Below are positions 18,038 through 26,755 of a stretch of 64,000 nucleotides of DNA, in pieces. The notes below the pieces were generated by a model. The model saw nothing but the letters and a program-made list of their open reading frames with translations, did not search any database and was not told where the DNA came from. The stretch covers positions 736,001-800,000 of the forward strand of contig CAXXUO010000001.1 of NCBI GenBank assembly GCA_963666485.2. The letters are read 5' to 3'. The position numbers and the translations under genes are program-made. Each line of letters begins with the position of its first letter. Within the stretch, counting starts at the first letter, position 1. Source of the DNA: Syntrophorhabdaceae bacterium. Its GTDB lineage: Bacteria > Desulfobacterota > Syntrophorhabdia > Syntrophorhabdales > Syntrophorhabdaceae.

Positions 18038-19563
18038 GCAAGACGCCTGTCGAGTGCGCGGTACCTGAGCGCCTCGGCGATGTGGTGCTGGTGTATCGCA
18101 ACGCTTCCCTCGAGATCGGATATGGTGCGGGCGACTTTCAGGACACGATGGTAGGCGCGCGGCGACAGGGCCCATTTTTCCACGGCGGCTATGAGCATCT
18201 TTTCTGCGCCGTCATCATGAGGACAATATTTACGGATGTCCCTCACGGACATCTGGGCGTTCGCGTATATCCTTCTCCCGGAGAAGCGCTTGCCTTGTAT
18301 ATCCCGGGCCCTTGTTATCCTTTCATTGATGATACGCGAAGGCTCCTCGTTCCCTGCGCCGGCAAGGTCGCGGATATCGACCGGCGGGACCTCGATGTGG
18401 ATATCGATCCTATCGAGCAGCGGCCCCGAGATGCGGGAGCGGTACTTGTAGATCTGCGCCGCGCCGCATGAACAGGCGTGCTTCGGATCGCCCAGGTAAC
18501 CGCACGGGCACGGGTTCATCGCAGCGACGAGCATGAACCGGGCAGGGAAATTTACCGCGTGGCTGACCCGGGATATCGTGACGTGGCCCTCTTCGATCGG
18601 CTGGCGCAGCGCATCGATCACGTGCCGCTGGAATTCGGGGAACTCGTCGAGGAAGAGGACGCCGTTATGGGCAAGGCTCACCTCGCCGGGCCTCGGTATG
18701 CTCCCGCCGCCGATAAGGCCGGCATCGGATATGCTGTGATGCGGGGCCCTGAAAGGGCGGTCCGCAATGAGCGACTGCCCGGGGCCCAAAAGGCCCGCGA
18801 TGCTGTGGATCTTTGTTGTCTCCACGGCCTCCGCATATCCCGGCCGCGGCAGAATGGACGGCAGCCGCCTCGCCAGCATCGTCTTTCCGGAACCGGGCGG
18901 CCCGACCATGATGATATTATGGGCGCCTGCCGCGGCGATCTCGAGCGCCCTTTTCGCCTGCTCCTGGCCTTTTATATCCGAAAAATCAAGGTCTTCCGCC
19001 CCGGGGTGCCCACATTCCCCGACCTCGCCGGCGGGAAATCTTTTTAAGTTTCCGTCACCCCGGAAATAGTGGAAAACCTCGAGCAGGTGGTCTGACCCCA
19101 GAACGTTTATGTCGCGTACTATCGAGGCCTCTCTGCCGTTTTCCGACGGAACGATTATGGACCCGATCTTTTCCTTCTGGCCCAGCATGGTCATGGGCAG
19201 TATCCCGCGGACGCCTTTTATGCGCCCGTCCAGGGAAAGCTCGCCGACCATGAGGTGATCGCCGAGCGGCCCGGCGCTGATCGCCCTCATCGCCGCAAGG
19301 ATGCCCACCGCTATGGGAAGGTCGAATGACGACCCTTCTTTCCGGACATCCGCCGGGGCCAGGTTGACCGTTATCCTGTCCCCCGGGAATTCGAAGCCGG
19401 CATTCCTGATCGCCGAGCGGACGCGTTCCTTGCTTTCCTTCACGGACGCCTCCGGCAGTCCTACCATGTTGAATGCAGGGAGACCATGAGCGATGTCCAC
19501 TTCGACATCGATCTTGATCCCGTCGATACCATACAGGGTGGCAGTAGGAATTCGCGCTATCAC
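18034..19563 (-). CDS. comM: YifB/ComM Mg-chelatase-like AAA+ ATPase
   Basis: VGLPEASVKES, ITVNLAPAD, GPPGSGKTMLA, PGEVSLAHNGVLFLDE, SGPLLDRID; probable GTG start at 19563. Confidence 0.93.
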   Translation of the reverse strand: MIARIPTATLYGIDGIKIDVEVDIAHGLPAFNMVGLPEASVKESKERVRSAIRNAGFEFPGDRITVNLAPADVRKEGSSFDLPIAVGILAAMRAISAGPLGDHLMVGELSLDGRIKGVRGILPMTMLGQKEKIGSIIVPSENGREASIVRDINVLGSDHLLEVFHYFRGDGNLKRFPAGEVGECGHPGAEDLDFSDIKGQEQAKRALEIAAAGAHNIIMVGPPGSGKTMLARRLPSILPRPGYAEAVETTKIHSIAGLLGPGQSLIADRPFRAPHHSISDAGLIGGGSIPRPGEVSLAHNGVLFLDEFPEFQRHVIDALRQPIEEGHVTISRVSHAVNFPARFMLVAAMNPCPCGYLGDPKHACSCGAAQIYKYRSRISGPLLDRIDIHIEVPPVDIRDLAGAGNEEPSRIINERITRARDIQGKRFSGRRIYANAQMSVRDIRKYCPHDDGAEKMLIAAVEKWALSPRAYHRVLKVARTISDLEGSVAIHQHHIAEALRYRALDRRLA

Positions 19564-19690
19564 AGGTAAACCTCTCCCCGATAATTTATGCTGATCCTTC
19601 ATATTACTTTTCGCGAGGCTAAAAAGTCCCGAAAGGGCACAGATCTTTTTCAGGTGGAAAGGGCGGAGCCTTACGCTGCCGGATATTGCG

Positions 19691-20803
19691 CTATTTTTCC
19701 CGGCTTTTTTCTGAAACTAACTGTTTGATGCGGCGGACGTCCTGGCCCCTTTTTCCATCACACACGAGGATGCCGTTGCGGCACGCCACGACGACGATAT
19801 CGGACAAGCCGATAACCGCGACCGGTGTGTCGCCGGAAATTATGACGGAGTTCGAGGTGTCGATAACCACGGCGCCGTCCTTCACGATGTTGCCGTCTCT
19901 GTCGGTTGGAAGGACCCTGCGAAGAGCACTGAAGGTCCCGATGTCATCCCATGAAAATGTGGCCGGCATGACAAGCACGTTGCCTGCTTTTTCCATCAGG
20001 CCGTAATCGATCGAGATCTTTTCGAGGCCGGCGAAAATAGCATGTGCCTTCCCGGGCATACCTGACCGGGCGGCTTTCCGGTAGGCCATGATCCCCTCGT
20101 GCAGGCCGGGCATATGGGCCTTAAGGGAATCAAGGAACACCCGGGCCCGCCAGACAAAGATCCCGGCATTCCAGTAATAGACGCCTTCCCTGATGTACCG
20201 CCGGGCCCTGGCGATCTTTGGCTTTTCGACGTACCGGTCGACCTCGAAACACTCCGTCCCGTGCGGCAGCGCAACGGGCGCACCTCTCTTGATATACCCG
20301 TATCCAGTCTCGGGCCTCGTGGGGGTTATGCCGATCGTGATGAGATCATCGCGGCTTTGGGCCGCTCGTATTGCCTTTTTCAGCAGGGCCAGGAAGTTCT
20401 TTTCATCGGGCACGAAATGATCGGACGGCAGAACGACCATGACGGCATCCGGGTTTTTGGACGTCACTATGGTCGCCGCCAGGCTGATGCACGGCGCGGT
20501 GTCGCGTTCGACCGGCTCGATTATGAAATTCTCCGGGGGTATATCAGGCAGGCAGGTACGGGCGACGGGGAGGTGCACCTTTCCCAGGACGATGAATATA
20601 TGGTCGATCGGGACCATCCTTTTTGCCCTTTCGACGGTCAATTCGATGAGGGTCTTCTTCCCGACGAGGCTGATGAAAGGCTTCGGGACGGCCTCGGTGC
20701 TGAGCGGCCAGAAACGTTCCCCCCGGCCTCCCGCCATGACGACGAAAAAAACATCGCCGGTTATCGCAGCTTTTTTTCGTGCGCCGTCCTGTGTGTTATT
20801 CAT
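19691..20803 (-). CDS. manC: Mannose-1-phosphate guanylyltransferase
   Basis: VMAGGRGERFWPLS..PKPF, EPVERDTAP, PSDH, PETGYGYI, WNAGIF, SIDYGLMEK, WDDIG. Confidence 0.92.
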   Translation of the reverse strand: MNNTQDGARKKAAITGDVFFVVMAGGRGERFWPLSTEAVPKPFISLVGKKTLIELTVERAKRMVPIDHIFIVLGKVHLPVARTCLPDIPPENFIIEPVERDTAPCISLAATIVTSKNPDAVMVVLPSDHFVPDEKNFLALLKKAIRAAQSRDDLITIGITPTRPETGYGYIKRGAPVALPHGTECFEVDRYVEKPKIARARRYIREGVYYWNAGIFVWRARVFLDSLKAHMPGLHEGIMAYRKAARSGMPGKAHAIFAGLEKISIDYGLMEKAGNVLVMPATFSWDDIGTFSALRRVLPTDRDGNIVKDGAVVIDTSNSVIISGDTPVAVIGLSDIVVVACRNGILVCDGKRGQDVRRIKQLVSEKSREK

Positions 20804-20841
20804 TTTCTAAAACCTTTCAGGCCCTTCCTTCATGAGATACC

Positions 20842-21576
20842 TTACAAGAATTGTAACACATGCGGCAGGATCTCCGATGCGGTCCCCTTGAGAAAATGAT
20901 CGGTGATCGAGGATGTAAAGGGCGTTTTTTCAACATTGATCTCTATTATGACCGCCCCGTTCGATTTTGCCTGGTAGGGTATGTCGGCCGCCGGGTAGAC
21001 CACGCCTGACGTGCCTATGATAAGCATTACCCTGCACCTGTCCGCCTCGTCATTCGCGCGCATCATTTCCGACATCGGGATCCCCTCGCCAAAAAATACC
21101 ACGTCGGGTTTCAGGGCCTTTCCGCATGTCTCACACCGGGGATAGGGATGCACTGCGGCCGATTCAGGAGTGAAGGGAAGCCTTTTCTGGCAATCCATGC
21201 ACACGAGCCAGCGGTGGTTCCCGTGATATTCGATCACGTTGGTGTTGCCGGCCTCCTGGTGCAGGCCGTCGACATTCTGCGTGATGACCGCCTTGAGGTA
21301 GCCCATTTTTTCGAGACTGGCAAGGGCCTTATGGGCCGGCGACGGCGCGGACGAAAAAACGACGGATGCCATGTCCCGCAGCATGATCCACACCTTTTCC
21401 GGATGCCGCATAAAGGCTGATATCTGGGCATACTCCATCGGGTCGTATTTTTCCCAGAGCCCCTGCCCGCCGCGAAAGGCCGGGATGCCGGCATCGACGG
21501 ATATCCCGGCACCCGTAAAAGCTACCAGGTATTTCTTTTCTTTTATTATATCGGCTATTTTCTTGTAATCTTCCAT
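20842..21576 (-). CDS. cobB: NAD-dependent protein deacylase (sirtuin)
   Basis: TGAGIS..GIPAFRG, ITQNVDGLH, HG, two CxxC, KPDVVFFGE, GTSGVVYPAA. Confidence 0.93.
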   Translation of the reverse strand: MEDYKKIADIIKEKKYLVAFTGAGISVDAGIPAFRGGQGLWEKYDPMEYAQISAFMRHPEKVWIMLRDMASVVFSSAPSPAHKALASLEKMGYLKAVITQNVDGLHQEAGNTNVIEYHGNHRWLVCMDCQKRLPFTPESAAVHPYPRCETCGKALKPDVVFFGEGIPMSEMMRANDEADRCRVMLIIGTSGVVYPAADIPYQAKSNGAVIIEINVEKTPFTSSITDHFLKGTASEILPHVLQFL

Positions 21577-21613
21577 TCCCTGCTCCATAAAACAATGATC
21601 CCCGTCCTGCTTC

Positions 21614-22591
21614 TTAACCGGCTTTCCAGCCTTTATGAATGTCCTTGAATGCCGGTACGAGGCCAAAACCATCGGCCTTTTTTATTGCCCTTTTGATCGC
21701 CTCGGCGACGACGAATTCGGCAAGTACCCCGACCTTGTTGATATCGGCTTCGATATCGCCGAGCGACAGGGCAAAAACAAGGTCCCCGTCAAACGTGGTG
21801 TGAACGGGACTGATCGTCTTTATAAGCCCGGCCTGGGCCATCTGGGCAACCTTCGTAATATCCCTCTTCGCGAATTTGGCATTTGTCGCCACCACGCCGA
21901 GGGTCGTATTGACGAGGGCAAACTTTTGCTTCACGATCCCCTGCTTGAGGGAATTGGCGGTATTCGCGAATTCCATGCTGTCCTCGGATTTTCTCAGGCC
22001 CGCGATTATCCTGCCCGTTATGTTGTCGATGATGTCCCCGAAGGCGTTGACGGTGACGAGGGCGCCGACCCGGAGCCCGTCGGGCATGGCGACGCTGCAC
22101 GTTCCCAGCCCGCCCTTCATCGCGCGTGACGTCTCGAAAAGTTTTCCGATGACCGCACCGACCCCGGCGCCGACGGAGCCTTCCGGTACTTCTTCCTGCG
22201 CGTTCAGGCATGCCGCATACCCCATCTGTGACGTAGGACGGACCGTGTGGTCCCCGAAAAGAAGGTCGAATATGACCGCGGTCGGTACTATGGGCACGCG
22301 CGTGATCCCCACGTCGAACCCGACCCCTTTTTCCTCGAGGTATTTCGATACCCCCGAGGCGGCGTCGAGGCCGAACGAACTGCCTCCCGACAGGACGATC
22401 GCGTGAATGCGGTCCACAATATGGCCCGGGCTCAAGGCATCGACCTGCCGCGTACCGGCCGCGCTTCCGCGCACGTCGATACCGGCAACGGCCCCTTCTT
22501 CGCAGAGTATGACCGTACAGCCGGTCATGCCGTTAAAGTCCGAGGCATGCCCGACCTTGATCCCCGGTACATCGGTTATTGCATTAAACAT
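21614..22591 (-). CDS. P1/S58 family peptidase (DmpA-like)
   Basis: ITDVPGIKVGH, GGSSFGL, KGGLG, VNAFGD, NTTLGVVATNA, HTTFDGD. Confidence 0.9.
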   Translation of the reverse strand: MFNAITDVPGIKVGHASDFNGMTGCTVILCEEGAVAGIDVRGSAAGTRQVDALSPGHIVDRIHAIVLSGGSSFGLDAASGVSKYLEEKGVGFDVGITRVPIVPTAVIFDLLFGDHTVRPTSQMGYAACLNAQEEVPEGSVGAGVGAVIGKLFETSRAMKGGLGTCSVAMPDGLRVGALVTVNAFGDIIDNITGRIIAGLRKSEDSMEFANTANSLKQGIVKQKFALVNTTLGVVATNAKFAKRDITKVAQMAQAGLIKTISPVHTTFDGDLVFALSLGDIEADINKVGVLAEFVVAEAIKRAIKKADGFGLVPAFKDIHKGWKAG

Positions 22592-22618
22592 GGAAGATCA
22601 CCTCGAATGATTGATTGA

Positions 22619-23119
22619 TCAGGTACCCAATTTTTTTCTCATGTTCGCCGACTTTTGTTCATTTTCCCGTTTGAGGTCTTTTTTCAGCCGTGCAAGGGAA
22701 GCCGCGATGTCCTCATACTTGATGGAAAGTATCTGGCTTGCAAGTATCGCGGCATTTTTTCCGGCGTCTATGCCGACGGACGCAACCGGTACCCCGGGGG
22801 GCATCTGCACTATCGAATAGAGCGCGTCCTTACCCTTGAGCATCCCGCTCGACGCAGGGACCCCGATGACCGGCAGCGTGGTATGGGATGCGATCACACC
22901 GGGAAGATGCGCCGCCATGCCGGCGACGGCGATAATGACCTCTATCCCCTGCCTGCGCGCATTTTTCGCATACCTGACGGTCTTTTCCGGGTTGCGGTGC
23001 GCGGACGATATATCGATCACGTACGGTATCTGTGCCTTTGCCAGGAATTTCAGGCCGTCTTCCATGATCTTGATATCGCTGTCGCTTCCGAGAAGCACCA
23101 GGACCTTCGGTTTCTGCAT
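22619..23119 (-). CDS. purE: N5-CAIR mutase
   Basis: GSDSD, SAHRNP, AGMAAHLPG, PVIGVP, QMPPGVPVA. Confidence 0.96.
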   Translation of the reverse strand: MQKPKVLVLLGSDSDIKIMEDGLKFLAKAQIPYVIDISSAHRNPEKTVRYAKNARRQGIEVIIAVAGMAAHLPGVIASHTTLPVIGVPASSGMLKGKDALYSIVQMPPGVPVASVGIDAGKNAAILASQILSIKYEDIAASLARLKKDLKRENEQKSANMRKKLGT

Positions 23120-23199
23120 ATTCACCCCTTAAGGGACCATATTTTCAACTCGTGTGAGTAAATTAATACCATATTTGCGCGCAATACTGAAGAAAGATA

Positions 23200-23297
23200 G
23201 TTCAAGGTTCAAAGTTCAAGGTTCAAAGAAAAAAAAGACCCCTCCGTTACTGCGGCCGTTTTTTGTCTTTTTCTTTGAACCTTGAACCTTGAACTTG
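23200..23297. repeat. Inverted heptamer arrays (GTTCAAG)n...(CTTGAAC)n
   Basis: Four copies of GTTCAAR at the left and CTTGAAC copies at the right, in the divergent purE/Crp intergenic region. Confidence 0.8.
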
Positions 23298-23332
23298 TTT
23301 TTTTAGTACCAATATGCAACTGATATAGAAGC

Positions 23333-24022
23333 ATGGCAAAAAAAGAAACACTGGCAATGGTCCCCCTGTTCCGGGGGCTGTCTGAGAAACAGCTTGACCT
23401 GATGGGCGAGGCCTTCCCCAGGAAGCTGTACTCTCCGTCCCAGATCATCTTTTCGGAAGGCGAACCGGCTTCCGGGTTCTACATCCTGCTCTCCGGGAGG
23501 CTCAAGATATATAAGCTCTCTCTGGAAGGCAAAGAGCAGATCCTCCACATTATCGAGCCGGGCGAACCTTTTGCGGAGGTGGCGCTCTTCTCCGAAACGA
23601 AATTTCCCGCATATGCCGAGGCGATCGAAAAAAGCGAGGTCATGTTCCTGTCCCGCAACGCCTTTCGCCAACTGATCGGCAACGACCCATCCATAGCGAT
23701 GAACATGCTGGCGATCCTCTCGCACCGGCTCAAATATTTTACCCGCCTCATAGAAGACCTGTCCCTGAAAGAGGTCCCCCAGAGACTGGCCGCGTACCTC
23801 CTGTTCCTGGCGAAGCATGACGGCTCTTCGACATATTCGCAGGTGGCCCTTGGCATTTCGAAAGGTCAGCTCGCCAGCCTTCTTGGCACGATACCCGAGA
23901 CACTGTCGAGGATCATGGCAAAGATGGCAGGCCAGGGCCTGATAGACGTGCACGGCAGGAAAATAACGCTGCTCGATCCCACCACCCTTGAACTCCTGGC
24001 GCACGGGAAACGCACGCTCTAA
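23333..24022 (+). CDS. Crp/Fnr family transcriptional regulator (HcpR-like)
   Basis: cNMP-binding fold (FSEGEP, GKEQIL, GEPFAEVA) and HTH LASLLGTIPETLSR; no FNR cysteines. Confidence 0.92.
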   Translation: MAKKETLAMVPLFRGLSEKQLDLMGEAFPRKLYSPSQIIFSEGEPASGFYILLSGRLKIYKLSLEGKEQILHIIEPGEPFAEVALFSETKFPAYAEAIEKSEVMFLSRNAFRQLIGNDPSIAMNMLAILSHRLKYFTRLIEDLSLKEVPQRLAAYLLFLAKHDGSSTYSQVALGISKGQLASLLGTIPETLSRIMAKMAGQGLIDVHGRKITLLDPTTLELLAHGKRTL

Positions 24023-24027
24023 AAGAC

Positions 24028-24212
24028 GGTTCAAGGTTCAAGGTTCAAGGTTCAGTGAAAAAAATAGAAACGGTTAAATTCAAAGAAAAGTGCCCGTTAA
24101 AATAGATTTTTCAAAGAACAATTTTTGTTAACTGAAGACGTTGTCTATAAAGATTCCCATCAATTTTTTTCTTTTGTTTTTCCCTTGAACTTTGAACCTT
24201 GAACCTTGAACT
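24028..24212. repeat. Inverted heptamer arrays (GGTTCAA)n...(TTGAACC)n around an AT-rich spacer
   Basis: GGTTCAAGGTTCAAGGTTCAAGGTTCA at 24028-24054; CTTGAACTTTGAACCTTGAACCTTGAAC at 24184-24211. Confidence 0.8.
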
Positions 24213-24225
24213 ATTTTTACCCCGG

Positions 24226-24253
24226 TTGACGCTTCTCAAACCGGTGTTATACT
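24226..24253 (+). promoter_or_regulatory. Sigma70-type promoter for the peptide/radical SAM locus
   Basis: TTGACG (24226-31), 16-nt spacer, extended -10 TGtTATACT (-10 at 24248-53). Confidence 0.65.
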
Positions 24254-24304
24254 TAAATTATATTTACGTGTACCGGCAGTATGCATATGAGGAGGTGATG
24301 ATCT

Positions 24305-24427
24305 ATGAAAAAAGTGGATGATGCAAGGATGCTGAAGAAGGAAGCCATGTTCTGGCGCGGCATCAAGGAAGCGCTTGCAAAGGACAGCACCAGGAAATGC
24401 CACAAATGAAAGTCCTGAAAGGGTTAG
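24305..24427 (+). CDS. Putative selenocysteine-containing RiPP precursor peptide, 40 aa: MKKVDDARMLKKEAMFWRGIKEALAKDSTRKCHKUKSUKG
   Basis: Strong RBS AGGAGGTGA at 24290-98 and ATG at 24305. TGC at 24398, in-frame TGA at 24407 and 24416 (C-x-x-U-x-x-U spacing), TAG at 24425-27. SECIS-like hairpin follows immediately, and a radical SAM/SPASM gene lies downstream. Confidence 0.75.
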
Positions 24428-24428
24428 A

Positions 24429-24446
24429 CGTTGCAGGTCTGCAACG
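24429..24446 (+). ncRNA. Bacterial SECIS-like hairpin
   Basis: CGTTGCA-GGTC-TGCAACG contains the same TTGCAGGTCTGCA core as the E. coli fdhF SECIS apex; it starts 10 nt after the second UGA. Confidence 0.72.
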
Positions 24447-24455
24447 CGAATTGAA

Positions 24456-24497
24456 AACAGGCAGCCTGTATCGATCTTACAGATCGGGCTGCCTGTT
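24456..24497 (+). terminator. Long hairpin between the peptide gene and the radical SAM gene (stabiliser or partial terminator)
   Basis: AACAGGCAGCCT...GATCT-TAC-AGATC-GGGCTGCCTGTT; weak U tail. Confidence 0.55.
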
Positions 24498-24554
24498 CAT
24501 TTGAGATCTTTCCCCCATGACCCGTACCGGGCGACACGCGAAAAGGATGCATTC

Positions 24555-25616
24555 ATGACCGAAGAATTGGAAAAGTTCGATTTTTTCATCCAGATGCACC
24601 TGACCGAGCGGTGCAACCTCTCTTGCGCCCACTGCTACCAGGAAGGCGCGGCGCCCCCGGAAATGTCGCTTACGGAAATTACCGGGGCGGTCAAGAACAT
24701 TGCGGATACGATAGACACGTGGTCCGGGATCTATGGCGTGCCATTCTCACCCAGTTTTAACGTGACCGGCGGTGAACCGCTTTTAAGGGCAGATCTCAAG
24801 GAGGTCCTTCACGTTATATCGGAACACGGCTTTGCGATCTTTCTTTTGACGAACGGGATCCTGATCGACAAAGATACATCGCGCATGCTTGCCTCGATTC
24901 CCGTCAAGGGGGTGCAGGTAAGCCTCGAAGGCCCCGAAGACATACACGACCTGATCCGCGGCAGGGGCAGTTTCGCGTCGGCCATCGACGGTGCGCGCCG
25001 CCTCCTTGATGCGGGCATCATTGTCACGTTCAATGTGACCCTCTCCCGGATCAATGCCGGGTATTTCCCGGACATGATAGCGCTCGCTGCTGCCACCGGC
25101 GTGCAGAGGCTCGGGTTTTCGCGGCTCGTCCCGTACGGGCGCGGATTGAACCTGGTCGACAAGATGCTGGGGCCGGAGGAGGTCCGGTCAATCTACGAGC
25201 AGGTCCTGTCCCGTCACATACCCGGTCTCGAGATCGTCACCGGGGACCCTCTCGCATCGCAGCTTAACGTCGGAAGCACAGTGACGGATCCCGGTGATTT
25301 TCCCTTAGGCGGATGCGCGGCCGGCATATCCGGCATCACGGTCCTTCCCGACGGGACATTGACGCCCTGCCGGAGGCTGGGCATACCAATCGGCAACCTC
25401 CTGAAGGATTCGCTTCGTGAGGTCTGGGCAAATTCGGATGTCCTCAATGCACTCCGCGACAAAACCGCATACAAGGGCAAGTGCTCAATGTGCAGCCGCT
25501 GGGCGGGATGCAGGGGATGCAGGGCGATCGCATACGCACATTCCCTGTGGCAGGGAAGAAGCGATTTCCTGGGGGAAGACCCGCAGTGTTTCATAGATGC
25601 GGGCGATGGGCAATAG
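24555..25616 (+). CDS. Radical SAM/SPASM domain protein, probable peptide maturase
   Basis: QMHLTERCNLSCAHCY (CxxxCxxC), TGGEPL, QVSLEG, SPASM CAAG..PDG..TPC..IGN...CSMCSRWAGCRGCRA...DPQC; ATG at 24555 after AAGGA. Confidence 0.92.
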   Translation: MTEELEKFDFFIQMHLTERCNLSCAHCYQEGAAPPEMSLTEITGAVKNIADTIDTWSGIYGVPFSPSFNVTGGEPLLRADLKEVLHVISEHGFAIFLLTNGILIDKDTSRMLASIPVKGVQVSLEGPEDIHDLIRGRGSFASAIDGARRLLDAGIIVTFNVTLSRINAGYFPDMIALAAATGVQRLGFSRLVPYGRGLNLVDKMLGPEEVRSIYEQVLSRHIPGLEIVTGDPLASQLNVGSTVTDPGDFPLGGCAAGISGITVLPDGTLTPCRRLGIPIGNLLKDSLREVWANSDVLNALRDKTAYKGKCSMCSRWAGCRGCRAIAYAHSLWQGRSDFLGEDPQCFIDAGDGQ

Positions 25617-25818
25617 GCGAGGGGCGAGGGGAAAATACTCAAAGAACTGGAAAAATAAGCCCCCCACTTATTTATAATATAACCCGAACCCTCCTATCGC
25701 CCATCGCCTATGACCGTACCGATTAATAAACTTTTTCCGATCGCCCCTTGCCTATCGGCCATCGCCGGACCGATTAATAAAGTTTTTCCTATCGCCTCTT
25801 GCCTATCGCCTATCGCCT
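25601..25818. repeat. Inverted heptamer arrays (AGGCGAT-like / ATCGCCT-like) with internal duplication
   Basis: GGGCGATGGGCAATAGGCGAGGGGCGA followed by three blocks of CCTATCG/CCCATCG/CCTCTTG, separated by a duplicated ACCGATTAATAAA. Confidence 0.75.
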
Positions 25819-25844
25819 GTTCCATAATACGCGTAGGCTGATCT

Positions 25845-26753
25845 ATGAAAGACGGGGATGATCTCAAAGGGCTCCTTGAATATCTCGCCAAAGCAGCGAA
25901 AGAGATAGCACGGGGCGATTACGAGGGGGCGGGCAAGTTATTCGAACTAACGAAGGCCGGAAAATACCCGGCGGACATAGCCGACCTTGCCGAGGCCTTC
26001 GGCATGATGATGGTCATGGTCGAGGCCCGCGAGGAAAGGCTCGAGACCCTCATCGATGACTTAAGACATCAGAAAGCATTGCTCGAGGAGGCCTCGAAGG
26101 CCTTAAAGCAGGCGAACATCGGCGTGCTCGAAGTTCTCGGCAGTGCCATAGCCAAAAGGGACCACGACACGATAGCGCACAATTACCGGGTGACCTTCTA
26201 TGCCTATAAACTGGGGCAGACCACGGGCCACCCGGAAAACTATCTCAGGAGCCTTGTAAAAGGCGCATTTCTTCATGACGTTGGCAAAATTGGCATAAGT
26301 GACAGGATCCTTCTCAAAGAAGGCCGGCTGACGGAAAGGGAGTTCCAGATCATGAAAGGCCATGTCCGGCACGGTTCCGATATCATCGGCGGTTACCCCT
26401 GGCTCAGTGATTGCCTCGACGTCGTGCTCCATCATCACGAAAAGTTCGATGGTACGGGATACGCGACAGGATTGAAAAAATACGACATCCCGATCAATGC
26501 CCGGATATTCGCGGTCGCAGATGTCTTTGACGCACTGACGAGCGTACGCCCCTATAAGCGCGCCCTCTCTTACGATGAGGCCATGGATATAATGCAAAAA
26601 GGCCGGGGCACCCATTTTGACCCTGACATGATCGACGGGCTGACCATGATCGGGCAGGACCTGTACCGCGAGATATACGGGTCCGATGATGACCGCCTCC
26701 GCGACATCCTGAAATCCCATATCGAAACACTGTTCAAAGACGACCAACCCTAG
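25845..26753 (+). CDS. HD-GYP domain phosphodiesterase
   Basis: HDVGKIGI, HHEKFDGTGY, VADVFDALTSVRPYK, HFDP. Confidence 0.92.
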   Translation: MKDGDDLKGLLEYLAKAAKEIARGDYEGAGKLFELTKAGKYPADIADLAEAFGMMMVMVEAREERLETLIDDLRHQKALLEEASKALKQANIGVLEVLGSAIAKRDHDTIAHNYRVTFYAYKLGQTTGHPENYLRSLVKGAFLHDVGKIGISDRILLKEGRLTEREFQIMKGHVRHGSDIIGGYPWLSDCLDVVLHHHEKFDGTGYATGLKKYDIPINARIFAVADVFDALTSVRPYKRALSYDEAMDIMQKGRGTHFDPDMIDGLTMIGQDLYREIYGSDDDRLRDILKSHIETLFKDDQP

Positions 26754-26755
26754 GA

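Noticed and set aside
24375..24554. N-terminal extension of the radical SAM ORF given in the ORF track (413 aa)
   Set aside because: It starts at a TTG inside the peptide gene in another frame and crosses the SECIS and hairpin. ATG 24555 has an RBS and lies just before the radical SAM domain.
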